Assembly: GCA_037445065.1 (NCBI GenBank)
Contig: JBBILD010000012.1
Coordinates: forward strand, 32,001-96,000
From: Myxococcales bacterium
Lineage (GTDB): Bacteria; Desulfobacterota; Binatia; HRBIN30
Direction of reading: 5' to 3'
Length of the DNA stretch: 64,000 nt
Shown here piece after piece: positions 9,727-19,500 of the stretch. Made by a program: the position numbers and the translations under genes. Under the pieces are notes generated by a model. The model worked only from the letters and a program-made list of their open reading frames with translations, was not told the DNA's origin and did not search any database. Every line of letters begins with the position of its first letter. Positions within the stretch are counted from its first letter, which is position 1.

Positions 9727-10031
9727 AGCGGATGTCCATGCTTGGACGTGGGCGGGGGAAAAATGGGTGTCCAACGAAGAGAGCACGGTTAGGCGGAGGC
9801 CCGAGGTCGGACCGGCGATCGGCAAAGGGGCGACGGAAAGTATGGGTGTCCACGGGGAGAACTGATCGACGGCAAGGTGCATGAGGCGGAGGGGGGGTAG
9901 AGATGCCTAAGGGGGAGTTACGGACGCCAACGGTAAGAGTGGGTGTCCCAGGAAGGAACCAGCTTCGCGGGCGGTCTGAAAAGTGGGTGTCCACGATAGG
10001 TCTCTCCGGGCGGTCCGAAAAGTGGGTGTCC
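9727..10031 (+). repeat. Cluster 3 of GTGGGTGTCC motif repeats
   Basis: Copies at 9727-9737, 9762-9772, 9843-9851, 9938-9948, 9982-9992 and 10021-10031; 25-bp direct repeat CGGGCGGTCYGAAAAGTGGGTGTCC at 9968 and 10007. Confidence 0.85.
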
Positions 10032-10086
10032 GTGGGAGGTCCCAGGAGGTCCCCACTCTGGACGAGCTTGGCGCGGGCGTCTCCAC

Positions 10087-10345
10087 TTGCCCGCCGAACC
10101 GAGCGAGGTTTCGACCCCCGACGCTCCACCCACGGAGGGTGGGTGCTGTGGTCCCGAGAATCCTCGCCACTGGGCCTGGACCTATCTAATGCGCCGCGTC
10201 TTCGACCTCGACGTGCTCGCCTGCCCCCGCTGTGGCGGTCGCATGTCGGTGCTCGCGTACGACGAGGCGGAGTCCCTAACACTCGCCGCCCCCCGCGCGG
10301 CTCGGCGCGCGCCGTCATCCACGTGCGGCTCGACCGTCCTACCGG
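10087..10345 (+). mobile_element. IS91/ISCR-family transposase C-terminal remnant
   Basis: WAWTYLMRRVFDLDVLACPRCGGRMSVLA matches the W..L.RVF..D...CP.CGG.M tail of IS91-like transposases; no catalytic domain present. Confidence 0.75.
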
Positions 10346-10537
10346 AGCTAACGGCTCCGGGCGGAGCGGCGGCGAAGGTCCGCGTTCGGCGGTTATGTCT
10401 CCACTCGACTGAGAAGGGCGCTGAAATCGCCTATCTTCCGAGCATCCGAGCGCGGCGCTGCGCCCCTAAATCGAGCAGGCGGTGCGCATCTGTCCGCGCC
10501 AGGCGATTTGCATCGTGGAGGATTGAGGGCGCGGCGA

Positions 10538-10858
10538 ATGGGAGGCGCGCACCGGCGCCGCGCACGCATCGCCATTCTGCTGCTGGCCACCGTCCTAACT
10601 GGCCCGGCGCACGCCACCTCACACCACGCGCGCGGGCCATCGTGCACCGCCATTCGCAAAGCAGTGTGGTCGGGACGAACGCTGGAGCAGGTCACCACCG
10701 AGTACGACACGGACGTGGCACAGGCGATGAAATGCCTGCAGACGAAGGGCCACCGCCGCAAAGACCACGCCCCCCGCAAGACCCGCCCGGCACACCAGAC
10801 GAAAAAACCTCCGCCGGCGCCTGCCAGCCGTACGGTGCACGCCCACACGGCACCCTGA
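10538..10858 (+). CDS. Small hypothetical secreted protein
   Basis: Signal peptide (RRRARIAILLLATVLTGPAHA), two Cys, basic Pro-rich tail. Confidence 0.55.
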   Translation: MGGAHRRRARIAILLLATVLTGPAHATSHHARGPSCTAIRKAVWSGRTLEQVTTEYDTDVAQAMKCLQTKGHRRKDHAPRKTRPAHQTKKPPPAPASRTVHAHTAP

Positions 10859-10891
10859 TCGCGACAGAGTGATCCACACCGCCCGCGGCAG

Positions 10892-11917
10892 TCACCGGCT
10901 CACCTGCGCGAAAAGGCGCAGAAAGTTCCCCCCCATGATCCGCGTCACCTCTCCCGCTGAGAGACCGCGCCGGCGCAACCCCTCCGCAATGGACGGGTAC
11001 TGGCGGTGATTGACGACCACCGGACGATAGTTCGCAGCCATGTCGGTTCCGATGCCGACGTGATCGACACCCACCGTCTCGACGAGGCGCAGGATCTCGT
11101 CGAGGAACTGCTCGAAAGTGTCGAGCGTCACGCCGGCTGGCCAGGCGCCGATCAACCCGCCCCCGTCGGCAACCAGGCGGGCGTGCTCCACGCTCAACAG
11201 GCGGGGATGCGCGCGCGCGCGGGCAAGGTGGCTGTGGGAAATCATCACCGGCGCCCGCGAGCGTTCAACGACGGCAGCGGTGGTCGCGAAAGACGCATGC
11301 GCCAGGTCGATCAGCATTCCTAACCGGTTCATCTCCCCGACAACCGCGGCGCCAAAGTCCGACAGGCCCCGATGCTCCGGCGGCTCAGTTTGCACGTCTC
11401 CCACCTCGTTGACGCGATAATGCACCAGCGTGACCGCGCGCACGCCCAGCCAGTACGCTTCGGCGAGTCGCTCGAGCCGCCCCTCGAGAAAGTCAGCGCC
11501 TTCACATCTGAGCAGCACACCAACGCGCTGCTCACGCATCGCTGCCTCCACGTCCGTGGGCGAGAGGACGACGCGGACCTCGCCGGAGGCCGCGAACTGC
11601 CGCAGGGAATCGAGCTGGCGACGGTGATCGGCGTAAGCTTCGCCGGGCTCAAACGGCCGCCGCACGCATAGCAAGCGCTCAGGGTCGGGCCCGAGCACGC
11701 GCAGGTCGCTCACCGTGGAGAACGACGCGACACTGACCCCGCCGGCCTTCAGGTCGGCCACCGCCTCGCCCATCGCCGGCGCCCCCAGAAGAGCAACGAG
11801 CGGATCACCCACCTGGCAGCCGAGGAGGAAGCAGCGACCCGGATGGGCGTGCAGATCCACCCAGGGCCCCATCTCGCAGGCCTCCCGGCGCGGCGGTGAC
11901 TCTTGCCCGTGCGACAT
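10892..11917 (-). CDS. Membrane dipeptidase (peptidase M19 family)
   Basis: VDLHAH, EGADFL, EMNRLGMLIDLAH, ISHS, DHVGIGTD, IMGGNFLR; ATG at 11917 follows GGAGGG. Confidence 0.92.
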   Translation of the reverse strand: MSHGQESPPRREACEMGPWVDLHAHPGRCFLLGCQVGDPLVALLGAPAMGEAVADLKAGGVSVASFSTVSDLRVLGPDPERLLCVRRPFEPGEAYADHRRQLDSLRQFAASGEVRVVLSPTDVEAAMREQRVGVLLRCEGADFLEGRLERLAEAYWLGVRAVTLVHYRVNEVGDVQTEPPEHRGLSDFGAAVVGEMNRLGMLIDLAHASFATTAAVVERSRAPVMISHSHLARARAHPRLLSVEHARLVADGGGLIGAWPAGVTLDTFEQFLDEILRLVETVGVDHVGIGTDMAANYRPVVVNHRQYPSIAEGLRRRGLSAGEVTRIMGGNFLRLFAQVSR

Positions 11918-11930
11918 CGAGCCCTCCTGC

Positions 11931-13562
11931 TCACCGCGGCGGCCGCGGGCTTTGGCTGGCGGCGACGTAGCGCGCCAGGGTGGTGGACATGGCCCCGCGC
12001 CGCAGCATCGCTTCGATGAGGAAGAAGCGGCCGCGGGTGGTAGCAGCGCGTTCGAGCGCCGCCGCCAGCTCCTGGCGCGTCGCCACGCGCACCCCCTCGC
12101 CGCCGAGCACGCGGGCCAGATCGGCGTAGTGCCAGTCGGCAAGGTCGTGGCACCGCGATGCCGGCTGAAAAGCGCGCAGCATCTCCCACCCCGAGTTGTT
12201 GAACACCACCACAATAGGATCCCAGCCGTAGCGCTGGCAGTTGCCGAGTTCGAAGCCGGTCATCTGAAAGGCGCCGTCGCCCACCAGGATCAGCGGCCGC
12301 GTCCCCATTGCCACCTGCAGGCCCAGACCGGCCGGCACGCCGTACCCCATGGTGGCGTAGTAGGCCGGCGCGGTGAGGTGCGTGTAGGCGATGCGCGTGG
12401 CCGTGAACACGCAGTCTCCCATGTCGGCGGCGATCGGCAGCGGCCCGTGCCGGTCCATGAGGTCGTTCACCGCGCAGGCGATATCCTCGGGCGCAATCGG
12501 CGCGGCGTCGGCGGGCAGGCCGCGAGGGTAGCGAACAGGTGGGATCGCCGGGACCGAACGCGGACGCGGCGGCCGGCGCGCGGCGTGCTCGAGGAGCGCG
12601 TCCACGAAGGCTTCCAGCGGCACCGGCGAGTAGGTGTGGAAACCGAGCGTGACGCGGCGGTCGAGCGCCTGGATGGTGCGCCGCAGATCGATCCGCGTCC
12701 GCGAAGCAGCCAGATTGCTGTCGGACAAGATGACTCCGAGGAGCAGGAGGGCATCCGATTCTTCCACCAGACGCGCGATCTCCGCTTCACCGGCTACGCC
12801 GAGGTACGTGCCGAGTGGAGGGACGGGGGCATCGGCAAGCAGACCGCGCCCCATGAAACTCGTCACCACCGGCAACTGCAAGCGGGCCGCCAGCGCCGCC
12901 ACTTTGTCCTCGATGCCGTACCGCTTGACTTCGACGCCCACCATCAGCACTGGCGCCTGCGCCCGGGTGAGGGCCGCGAGCACCTCGACGGCACACGCCT
13001 CCACCATCTCCCGGTCGACGGGAGAAGGCGTCGAGGGCGGCACCGGCGCACACGGGGCGTCGACGAGATCGCGCGGAACTTCGATATACACCGGCTGCGA
13101 GAACTCGCGCGCACTCTGCAGGACGCGGGCTATCGCCACGGGTGCCTGGATGGGTCGTCGAGGACAGCCTGGTCGCAGGTGATCTCGCGGAACACGCGGA
13201 GCTGCGATTCGAGGGTCTTGCCTTGATGGTGCAGCAAGAGGCCGCCGGCGCGTTCGCTGACGCCCGGTGCACCCGAGATGACCACCAGCGGTGATTTTTC
13301 AGCGAGCGCACACGTCGTCGCGTTGACGATGTTCAGTCCGCCGGCACCGTAGGTGACCACCGCCACGCCGAGCCCGCTTCCAGCTCGCGCCGCGGCATCG
13401 GCGGCGAAACCGACGGCGGGCTCGTGGCTCAGCGTGTAAAGAGGCAGGATGGCGCTTTCTTCGATCACCCGGAAGAGGGGTAAGGCGAAGTCCCCGGGAA
13501 TGCCGAACAGCGCTGTCGCGCCGCGCGCGCAGCGCATGCAACAACGTTTCCGCCAGTGTCAT
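11931..13562 (-). pseudogene. ipdC: Indolepyruvate/phenylpyruvate decarboxylase (ThDP enzyme) with two frameshifts
   Basis: MTLAETLLHAL, FGIPGDFALP, SHEPAVGFAADA, LLHHQ, GDGAFQMTG..NN; frame breaks at about 13520-13530 and about 13145. Confidence 0.88.
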
Positions 13563-13899
13563 CGTCGGTACCAGACCCAGCCTTCTGCTTACGCGCTGGC
13601 AGGCACCGGTGCAAGCCACATTGGTCGCCGTTTCGCCGTTCGCGCTCCGGATGCCGTTATAAACCATGGCTGGCGACAGGCCGCGCAATCCTTGCAAGGA
13701 CTGCGCGAGTGATATGCGGCGTGCCAAGATCCTTCGGCTCGGCATGATCCACGTGGCAGCCTTGCTGCTGAACCAACGCACCAAGGGACCGGCCGATGCC
13801 TTCGGAGAACAAGGGGGCAGAGAGACCCGTGACCACGCGGCCACCCATGCCCGCCGGCGCAGGGGGCGCCCTGCCCCACGGCGCCGAGGCCGGGCGTCA

Positions 13900-14195
13900 C
13901 CCACTCGACCGTCTGGTGCGCGAGCTGTCGCTCACCGGCGCGACCATGCTGGTGGTGTCGTCGGTCATCGGAGTGGGGGTTTTTCTCGCCCCGGGTCGCG
14001 TCGCCCAGGTGCTGCCGCCTCCGGTTCTCTTCCTCGCCGCGTGCGTAGGTGGCGGCCTGCTCTCCCTCGCCGAGGCCCTGGCCAACGCCTCGCTCGGGGT
14101 GATGTATCCGCACGCCGGCGGCGACTACGTCTGCCTGCGCCAGGCCTGCCATCCGCTCGCCGGATTTCTGGTCGGGTAGTTGTCGTTCGTCGTCC
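13900..14195 (+). pseudogene. N-terminal fragment of an APC-family amino acid permease
   Basis: LVRELSLTGATMLVVSSVIGVGVF..P and YPHAGGDYV.LR..HPLAGFLVG, then TAG where Trp is expected; remainder absent. Confidence 0.8.
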
Positions 14196-14526
14196 GTCCT
14201 ACCGGAGGTAACGGCTGCGGGCGAAGTGGCGGGGAAGGCCGCGTTCGGCGGTGACGTCACCTCTCGATTGAGAACGCCGCTACAAGCGCCTAGCTGCCTC
14301 GAAGCACGAGGGAGCCGCCGACCAATGCCCGAGACCCTGATCATCCCCTGACGGTTCCGTAGCCCGGAACAGTCCGGAAACAGCGGATACAGGTGCGGCG
14401 TCGTCGCGGTGCTGCTCGACGGGGACGCCGAGGCGGTCGCCCTTGTGCGTTCACGGGTCTCGGAAGTCGTCGTCGAGCGCAAGTAGTCGGATTCCTAGCC
14501 ATAGCGGCTACCAGGGGAACGGGCGC

Positions 14527-16023
14527 TCAACCCTCGAGGCTAACGTACACGTTTTTCACCTGCGTGTATTCCCACAAAGCCTCGCGCCCCGCTTCGCGCC
14601 CGACGCCGCTTTCCCCGAAGCCACCGAACGGAACCGTGTACGGTAGGGTGCCGTACGTATTCACCCACACTGTACCGGCGCGCAGCTGCGCCGCCACTCG
14701 GTGCGCTTGCGCAAGATTGCTCGTCCACACTCCCGCAGCAAGGCCATACCGTGTGTGGTTGGCCAGACGGATCGCCTCCTCCTCGCTGGCGAAAGGGAAC
14801 AGCACCAGCACGGGCCCAAAGATCTCTTCTTGCGCCAGGGGGGAATCCGGGGAGAGTCCGGCGAGAAGCGCAGGCGAAAGAAAGTACCCGTTCGCCAAAC
14901 CGCCGCCCAGCCGCTCGCTGCGACAAATCCACCGCGCGTTCTCACGTTCCGCGATGGCAAGGTAACCCTGGACTTTTCGTAAGTGCTCCGCCGAGATGAG
15001 CGGCCCCAACAAGACCCCGGGCTGAAGCGGGTCGCCGATCGCGAGCCCGGCAACGAAGGCACGCAGGCGCTCCACGAAGGGCTCGAACACCGCCTGCTCC
15101 ACCAACACGCGCGTACCGGCTGCGCACGCTTGCCCGGAAAGGGCCAGGCCACCGAGCGCCACACCCGCCGCGGCGCGATCGAGATCTGCACTGGCAAACA
15201 CGAGTTGCGGGGACTTGCCACCCAGCTCGAGCGTGAGCTTTTTGAGGGTCGCGGCTCCCGCCTCCATAATTTTCTTGCCGGTCGCCGAGCCTCCCGTAAA
15301 GGACACCTTGTCAATGCCAGGATGGCGAAGCATGGCTTCGCCGGTGCGCGGTCCACCGGTGATCACGTTCATCAGTCCGGGCGGCAGATCGGCCTCGAGA
15401 CAGAGTTCCGCGAAGCGCAGGATCGAGAGCGAGCCGAGTTCCGAAGGTTTCACGACCACGGTGTTCCCAGTGGCGAGAGCCGGTGCCACCTTGGAACCAA
15501 GAAACACCAGCGGTGTATTCCAAGCGGTAATTGCGCCCACCACCCCGTACGGCTCGCGCCGCATGTAATCGAGCGCCGCCTCAGAACCCGGCAGCGGCAC
15601 AACCGCTCCGTAAACCTTGTCACACCACGAAGCGTAATACTCGAAATTACGCACCAAGCTACGCGCCGCGAAACCGCGTGCGAGCGTATGCAGCATGCCC
15701 ACATCGAGCGATTCGAGAAGCGCCAGTTCCTCCCGGTGCTTGTCCGCCAATTCGGCCAACTTCAGCAACACGCGCCGGCGCTCCGCGGCAGAACTGCGTT
15801 GCCAGCGACCTTCCCACGCCTGGCGCGCTGCCGCCACCGCCCGTTTCACCTCTTCTTCCCCCGCTTGCGCTATGGCAGCGAAGGACTCGCCCGTACTCGG
15901 GTCCGTCACCGGCAGCAGCGAAGGCTCCTGCGGAGCCACCCACTGCCCGGCGATGTACAGCCCCGGCGCAGGCAACCGCACCGCGGCACGCGCCGCGAAA
16001 TGATCCAGAGCTGCGTTCGTCAT
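14527..16023 (-). CDS. Aldehyde dehydrogenase
   Basis: ITAWN, KPSE, SFTGG, LELGGKSP, GQACAAG, EEIFGPV. Confidence 0.95.
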   Translation of the reverse strand: MTNAALDHFAARAAVRLPAPGLYIAGQWVAPQEPSLLPVTDPSTGESFAAIAQAGEEEVKRAVAAARQAWEGRWQRSSAAERRRVLLKLAELADKHREELALLESLDVGMLHTLARGFAARSLVRNFEYYASWCDKVYGAVVPLPGSEAALDYMRREPYGVVGAITAWNTPLVFLGSKVAPALATGNTVVVKPSELGSLSILRFAELCLEADLPPGLMNVITGGPRTGEAMLRHPGIDKVSFTGGSATGKKIMEAGAATLKKLTLELGGKSPQLVFASADLDRAAAGVALGGLALSGQACAAGTRVLVEQAVFEPFVERLRAFVAGLAIGDPLQPGVLLGPLISAEHLRKVQGYLAIAERENARWICRSERLGGGLANGYFLSPALLAGLSPDSPLAQEEIFGPVLVLFPFASEEEAIRLANHTRYGLAAGVWTSNLAQAHRVAAQLRAGTVWVNTYGTLPYTVPFGGFGESGVGREAGREALWEYTQVKNVYVSLEG

Positions 16024-17177
16024 GGCTTCGCCTCGCCAGCAGAGTCACGGTCGTGTTGGGCGTGGGGACACACTCCAATCCGGGTGGGCACCGCTCCCTG
16101 GGCTCGCGCCACATCGGCCGCCTGAAAGGCGCGGTCAATGTCTTCCAAGGGGAAGGTCGCTCCAGCCAGGCGCGCAAAGGGGAAGCGCTCGCGGTGGCGC
16201 GCCAAGAAACCAATGGCCTCTGTTAATGCGGACGGCGGATACAAAGACACCCCGATGAGCGAGCGGTTCGGCCCGATCAGCAGCGACGGATCGGCGGCGA
16301 ACGTTTGCCCGGGAACAACGCTGCCCAAGGCCAGGTACCGTCCTCCTCGGGCGAGCATGCGGATGCCTTCCGGATACGGCGCGGGACTCCCCGCCACCTC
16401 CACCACAAGGTCCGCACCCCAGCCTCCGGTGAGCTCGAGTACACGCGCGGTCCGCTCGCGCGGATGCGGGTAATCGGTCAAGGACAGCGTGACGTCCGCG
16501 CCCATTTCCCGTGCAAATTCCAGCCGAGCGGGCAGAGCATCAATCACGATGATGGGCTCGGCTCCAGCCACCCGCGCCACAGCCGCTGCGTACAAACCCA
16601 GCCCACCCGCGCCCTGAATGACCACCGACTCTCCCGCCCGCAAGCCGGCGCGCTGGAACCCGAACCACACCTGCGACAGTGCGCAATTGGCGCCGGCTAG
16701 CTCGCTGTCAGACAGCCCTTCGGGAGCGCGGAAAAACGCTTGCCCGGGCTGGATCACGTAATACTCGGCAAAGCCTCCGACAAAGTGCGGCGGCGCTTCA
16801 CAGGGCCGGTACACGCTTGCCAAACTCATCAGGCACGCGTACGGCATGCCCCGCAAGCACACCCGGCAGCGACCACAACTGCGGTAGTAAAGCCAAGCGA
16901 TGCGGTCGCCCTCGCGCACCGGCTGACCGAGGAAGTCGGTGTGCACGCCCTTGCCCAGGGCAGCGATGGTGCCGGTCATCTCGTGCCCCAGAACGGTGGG
17001 GGGCAAGCGGCCCATCTTTTCCATCTCTCCGCGCCAAATGTGCACGTCCGAGCCGCACACATTGGCCTGAGTGATGCGCACCAGGACCTCCCCTGGCAGC
17101 GGCTCCGCGAGGGGAAATTCTCGCAAAGAGAAGGGTTCACCTGGTGCAACGAAGACGGCCGCGCGTGCACTCGACAC
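16020..17177 (-). CDS. Zinc-dependent alcohol dehydrogenase (MDR family)
   Basis: CGSD, GHE, CGRCRVC..C, GAGGLG; GTG at 17177 follows GGAGG. Confidence 0.93.
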   Translation of the reverse strand: MSSARAAVFVAPGEPFSLREFPLAEPLPGEVLVRITQANVCGSDVHIWRGEMEKMGRLPPTVLGHEMTGTIAALGKGVHTDFLGQPVREGDRIAWLYYRSCGRCRVCLRGMPYACLMSLASVYRPCEAPPHFVGGFAEYYVIQPGQAFFRAPEGLSDSELAGANCALSQVWFGFQRAGLRAGESVVIQGAGGLGLYAAAVARVAGAEPIIVIDALPARLEFAREMGADVTLSLTDYPHPRERTARVLELTGGWGADLVVEVAGSPAPYPEGIRMLARGGRYLALGSVVPGQTFAADPSLLIGPNRSLIGVSLYPPSALTEAIGFLARHRERFPFARLAGATFPLEDIDRAFQAADVARAQGAVPTRIGVCPHAQHDRDSAGEAKP

Positions 17178-17187
17178 CGCCCGCCTC

Positions 17188-18381
17188 CTACACTTCGGCA
17201 CCACCAGTAAGCTGGCGGGCCACGATCCGGCGCTGGATGTGACCGGTACCCTCGACGATGTCCATTGCCTTCACATCGCGGAACCACTTTTCTACCAGAT
17301 GGTCGGCGCGCACCCCGGCCTCGGCAAGGATCTCGACCGCGAGGCTCGTCGCCTCCTGCGCCACCCGCGCGCAGTACGCCTTGGCTGCCGATGCTTCCAA
17401 GATGTTGGGATGCCGCTGATCGGCAAGAAACGCCGCCCGCCAGCAAAGCAGGCGGCCGCACTCGATTTTTCGCCTCATCCAGGCAAGCCGGTCGGCAATC
17501 CGCTGCCCCCGTGCCTGCGCGAACCCTTGTCCCCATTGTGCGAGTGCGAACTCGCGTGCGCGATCATAGGCCGCACGCGCGATTCCAATCGCCATTGCCG
17601 CAACGATCGGCCGCGTGGCATTAAAGCTCTGCATCGCACCCCTGAACCCGGCTCGGCCCTCGTAAGCTTGCTCCCCGCCTAGCAAGTTCTCCGCCGGCAC
17701 CCGACACTCCTCGAACACCAGCGCCGCGCTTTCGTAGGCGACCAAACCCATCTTGTCTTCGATCCGCGCAACCCGAAAGCCTGGGGTTCCTTTTTCCACC
17801 ACAAAGGCGCGATGGCCGGCGCGCCCGAGCGCAGGGTCTAGGGTCGCCCACACGACCACCCAATCGGCACGCGCTCCGTTCGAGCAGAACATCTTCTCGC
17901 CGTCGAGAATCCAATGCGAGCCGACGCGACGCGCGCGGGTGCGAATCGCCGCCACATCGGAGCCAGCTCCCGGTTCCGTCATCGCAAAGGCGCCCCAGTG
18001 TGGCCGTTCAGGGTCCGAGAAGATTCCCAAAAAGCGACGCTTTTGTTCCTCGGTGCCGAGAAGCGAGATGGGTGGGCCGCCAAGCCCAGGCCCGGGAAGG
18101 GACACCGCCACGCCGCGATCCCAATACGACATCTCTTCCGCCAGCACCACATTGCGCCGCGCCTCGGTGCGCTCTCCGCCCTGCTCGCTCGTGCCGCCGC
18201 TCCCGAGGCCAGTGCGGCCGAGGCCGAGTTCCCACACTTTGCGGTAGAAAGGATGGTCTGCAGGAACCGGGGCGTGTTGCCGATCTGCCTCGAGGCCGAG
18301 TGGGCGCATATACTCGCGCCCGAGATATCGCACCACCTCCAGCAACGACTGGGTTCGCGCGTCCACCGCGAAAGCGAGCAT
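17188..18381 (-). CDS. Acyl-CoA dehydrogenase
   Basis: FAMTEPGAGSD, LDGEKMFCSNG, EKWFRDVKAMDIVEGT; ATG at 18381. Confidence 0.94.
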   Translation of the reverse strand: MLAFAVDARTQSLLEVVRYLGREYMRPLGLEADRQHAPVPADHPFYRKVWELGLGRTGLGSGGTSEQGGERTEARRNVVLAEEMSYWDRGVAVSLPGPGLGGPPISLLGTEEQKRRFLGIFSDPERPHWGAFAMTEPGAGSDVAAIRTRARRVGSHWILDGEKMFCSNGARADWVVVWATLDPALGRAGHRAFVVEKGTPGFRVARIEDKMGLVAYESAALVFEECRVPAENLLGGEQAYEGRAGFRGAMQSFNATRPIVAAMAIGIARAAYDRAREFALAQWGQGFAQARGQRIADRLAWMRRKIECGRLLCWRAAFLADQRHPNILEASAAKAYCARVAQEATSLAVEILAEAGVRADHLVEKWFRDVKAMDIVEGTGHIQRRIVARQLTGGAEV

Positions 18382-18401
18382 TGCGCGCTCCTCGTCTTTG
18401 C

Positions 18402-19472
18402 CTACGCCGCCGCCCCAACGGGACGTAGCTGCGGAATGACATGCTGCTGCATGAGTTCCATGCTCCGCAGCACCTTGCGATGATCCAGCCCTCCCAGCCG
18501 CGTCCAGCACAGCAGCGTGGTAAAGCCGAACATCTCCTGCATCTGAGTGAGCCGCTGTACGCAGTCCTCCGCCGTACCGCACACCACGGCCCCGGCCATT
18601 TGCAGTTGCTCCCACGTGACCTGCGCGGCCATGTCGCGCACGCCGACGTACGGCTCGTAAGTCTTCACCGGTGGCTCCCCGGGCGGCGGGGCGATGTACT
18701 TGGCAAACGTGCGGTAGTACCAAATCACCGGTTCGGCAAAGTCGCGAGCCGCTTGCTCCGCACTGTCCGCCACGTACACCATGATCAGCGCCGCGATCTC
18801 CTTATCGCGCGGGTCATGCCCGTGCTGGCGCAAGCTTTGCCGGTATAGCTCGAGGTTCTCTACGCCGGAGCGCCCACCGAAGCCGAACACCGGCGCACAC
18901 AGGAGGTGAAATCCGCGCCGCCCCGCTTCGATGAAACTCTCCGGGCTGAGTGCCGCCATCCAAACGGGTGGGTGCGGTTTCTGCAAAGGCTTGGGCCGCA
19001 CCGACACGCCTTCGATCCGGAAGTGGCGGCCGTAGAAGGTCACCGCCTCCTGCGTCCAAGCCTGCAGGATGATGTCTAACGACTCCTGGAACAGGCTGCG
19101 GGACTGTGACTGGTCCACACCGTAGCCGCGAAACTCATGCGGCTGGTAGCCGCGGCCGACTCCGAAATCCACGCGCCCGTTGCTCATCAGGTCGAGCAAC
19201 GCGAACTCCTCGGCCACCCGGATTGGATTGTGGAAGGGAAGAATCACGATTCCCGTGCCGAGGCGGATCCGACGGGTAACCGGCACCAGTGCCGCCAGCA
19301 TGAGCGCGGTGGAGACGCAGTACCCGTACTCGGAAAAGTGGTGTTCTGCAGGCCACACCGAGTCAAAACCCAGATCCTCGGCGGCACGAAGGATTTCCAT
19401 TTGTTCGTCCACCACTTGCTTTTCCGTCTTTCCCCGCGGGTTCTCGAGCAAGTGCAGCATGCCGAATTTCAT
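18402..19472 (-). CDS. LLM-class (luciferase-like) flavin-dependent oxidoreductase
   Basis: MKFG, GFDSVWPAEHHF, PIRVAEEFALLDLMSNGRVDFGVGRG, PKPLQKPHPP. Confidence 0.94.
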   Translation of the reverse strand: MKFGMLHLLENPRGKTEKQVVDEQMEILRAAEDLGFDSVWPAEHHFSEYGYCVSTALMLAALVPVTRRIRLGTGIVILPFHNPIRVAEEFALLDLMSNGRVDFGVGRGYQPHEFRGYGVDQSQSRSLFQESLDIILQAWTQEAVTFYGRHFRIEGVSVRPKPLQKPHPPVWMAALSPESFIEAGRRGFHLLCAPVFGFGGRSGVENLELYRQSLRQHGHDPRDKEIAALIMVYVADSAEQAARDFAEPVIWYYRTFAKYIAPPPGEPPVKTYEPYVGVRDMAAQVTWEQLQMAGAVVCGTAEDCVQRLTQMQEMFGFTTLLCWTRLGGLDHRKVLRSMELMQQHVIPQLRPVGAAA

Positions 19473-19500
19473 CCTTACCTCCTTTCCGCGCGCACCCGAC

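Noticed and set aside
11715..13226. 503-aa plus-strand ORF
   Set aside because: Antisense shadow of ipdC and the dipeptidase in GC-rich DNA.
13130..13537. Programmed frameshifting in ipdC
   Set aside because: Two separate breaks would be needed and neither has a canonical slippery heptamer.
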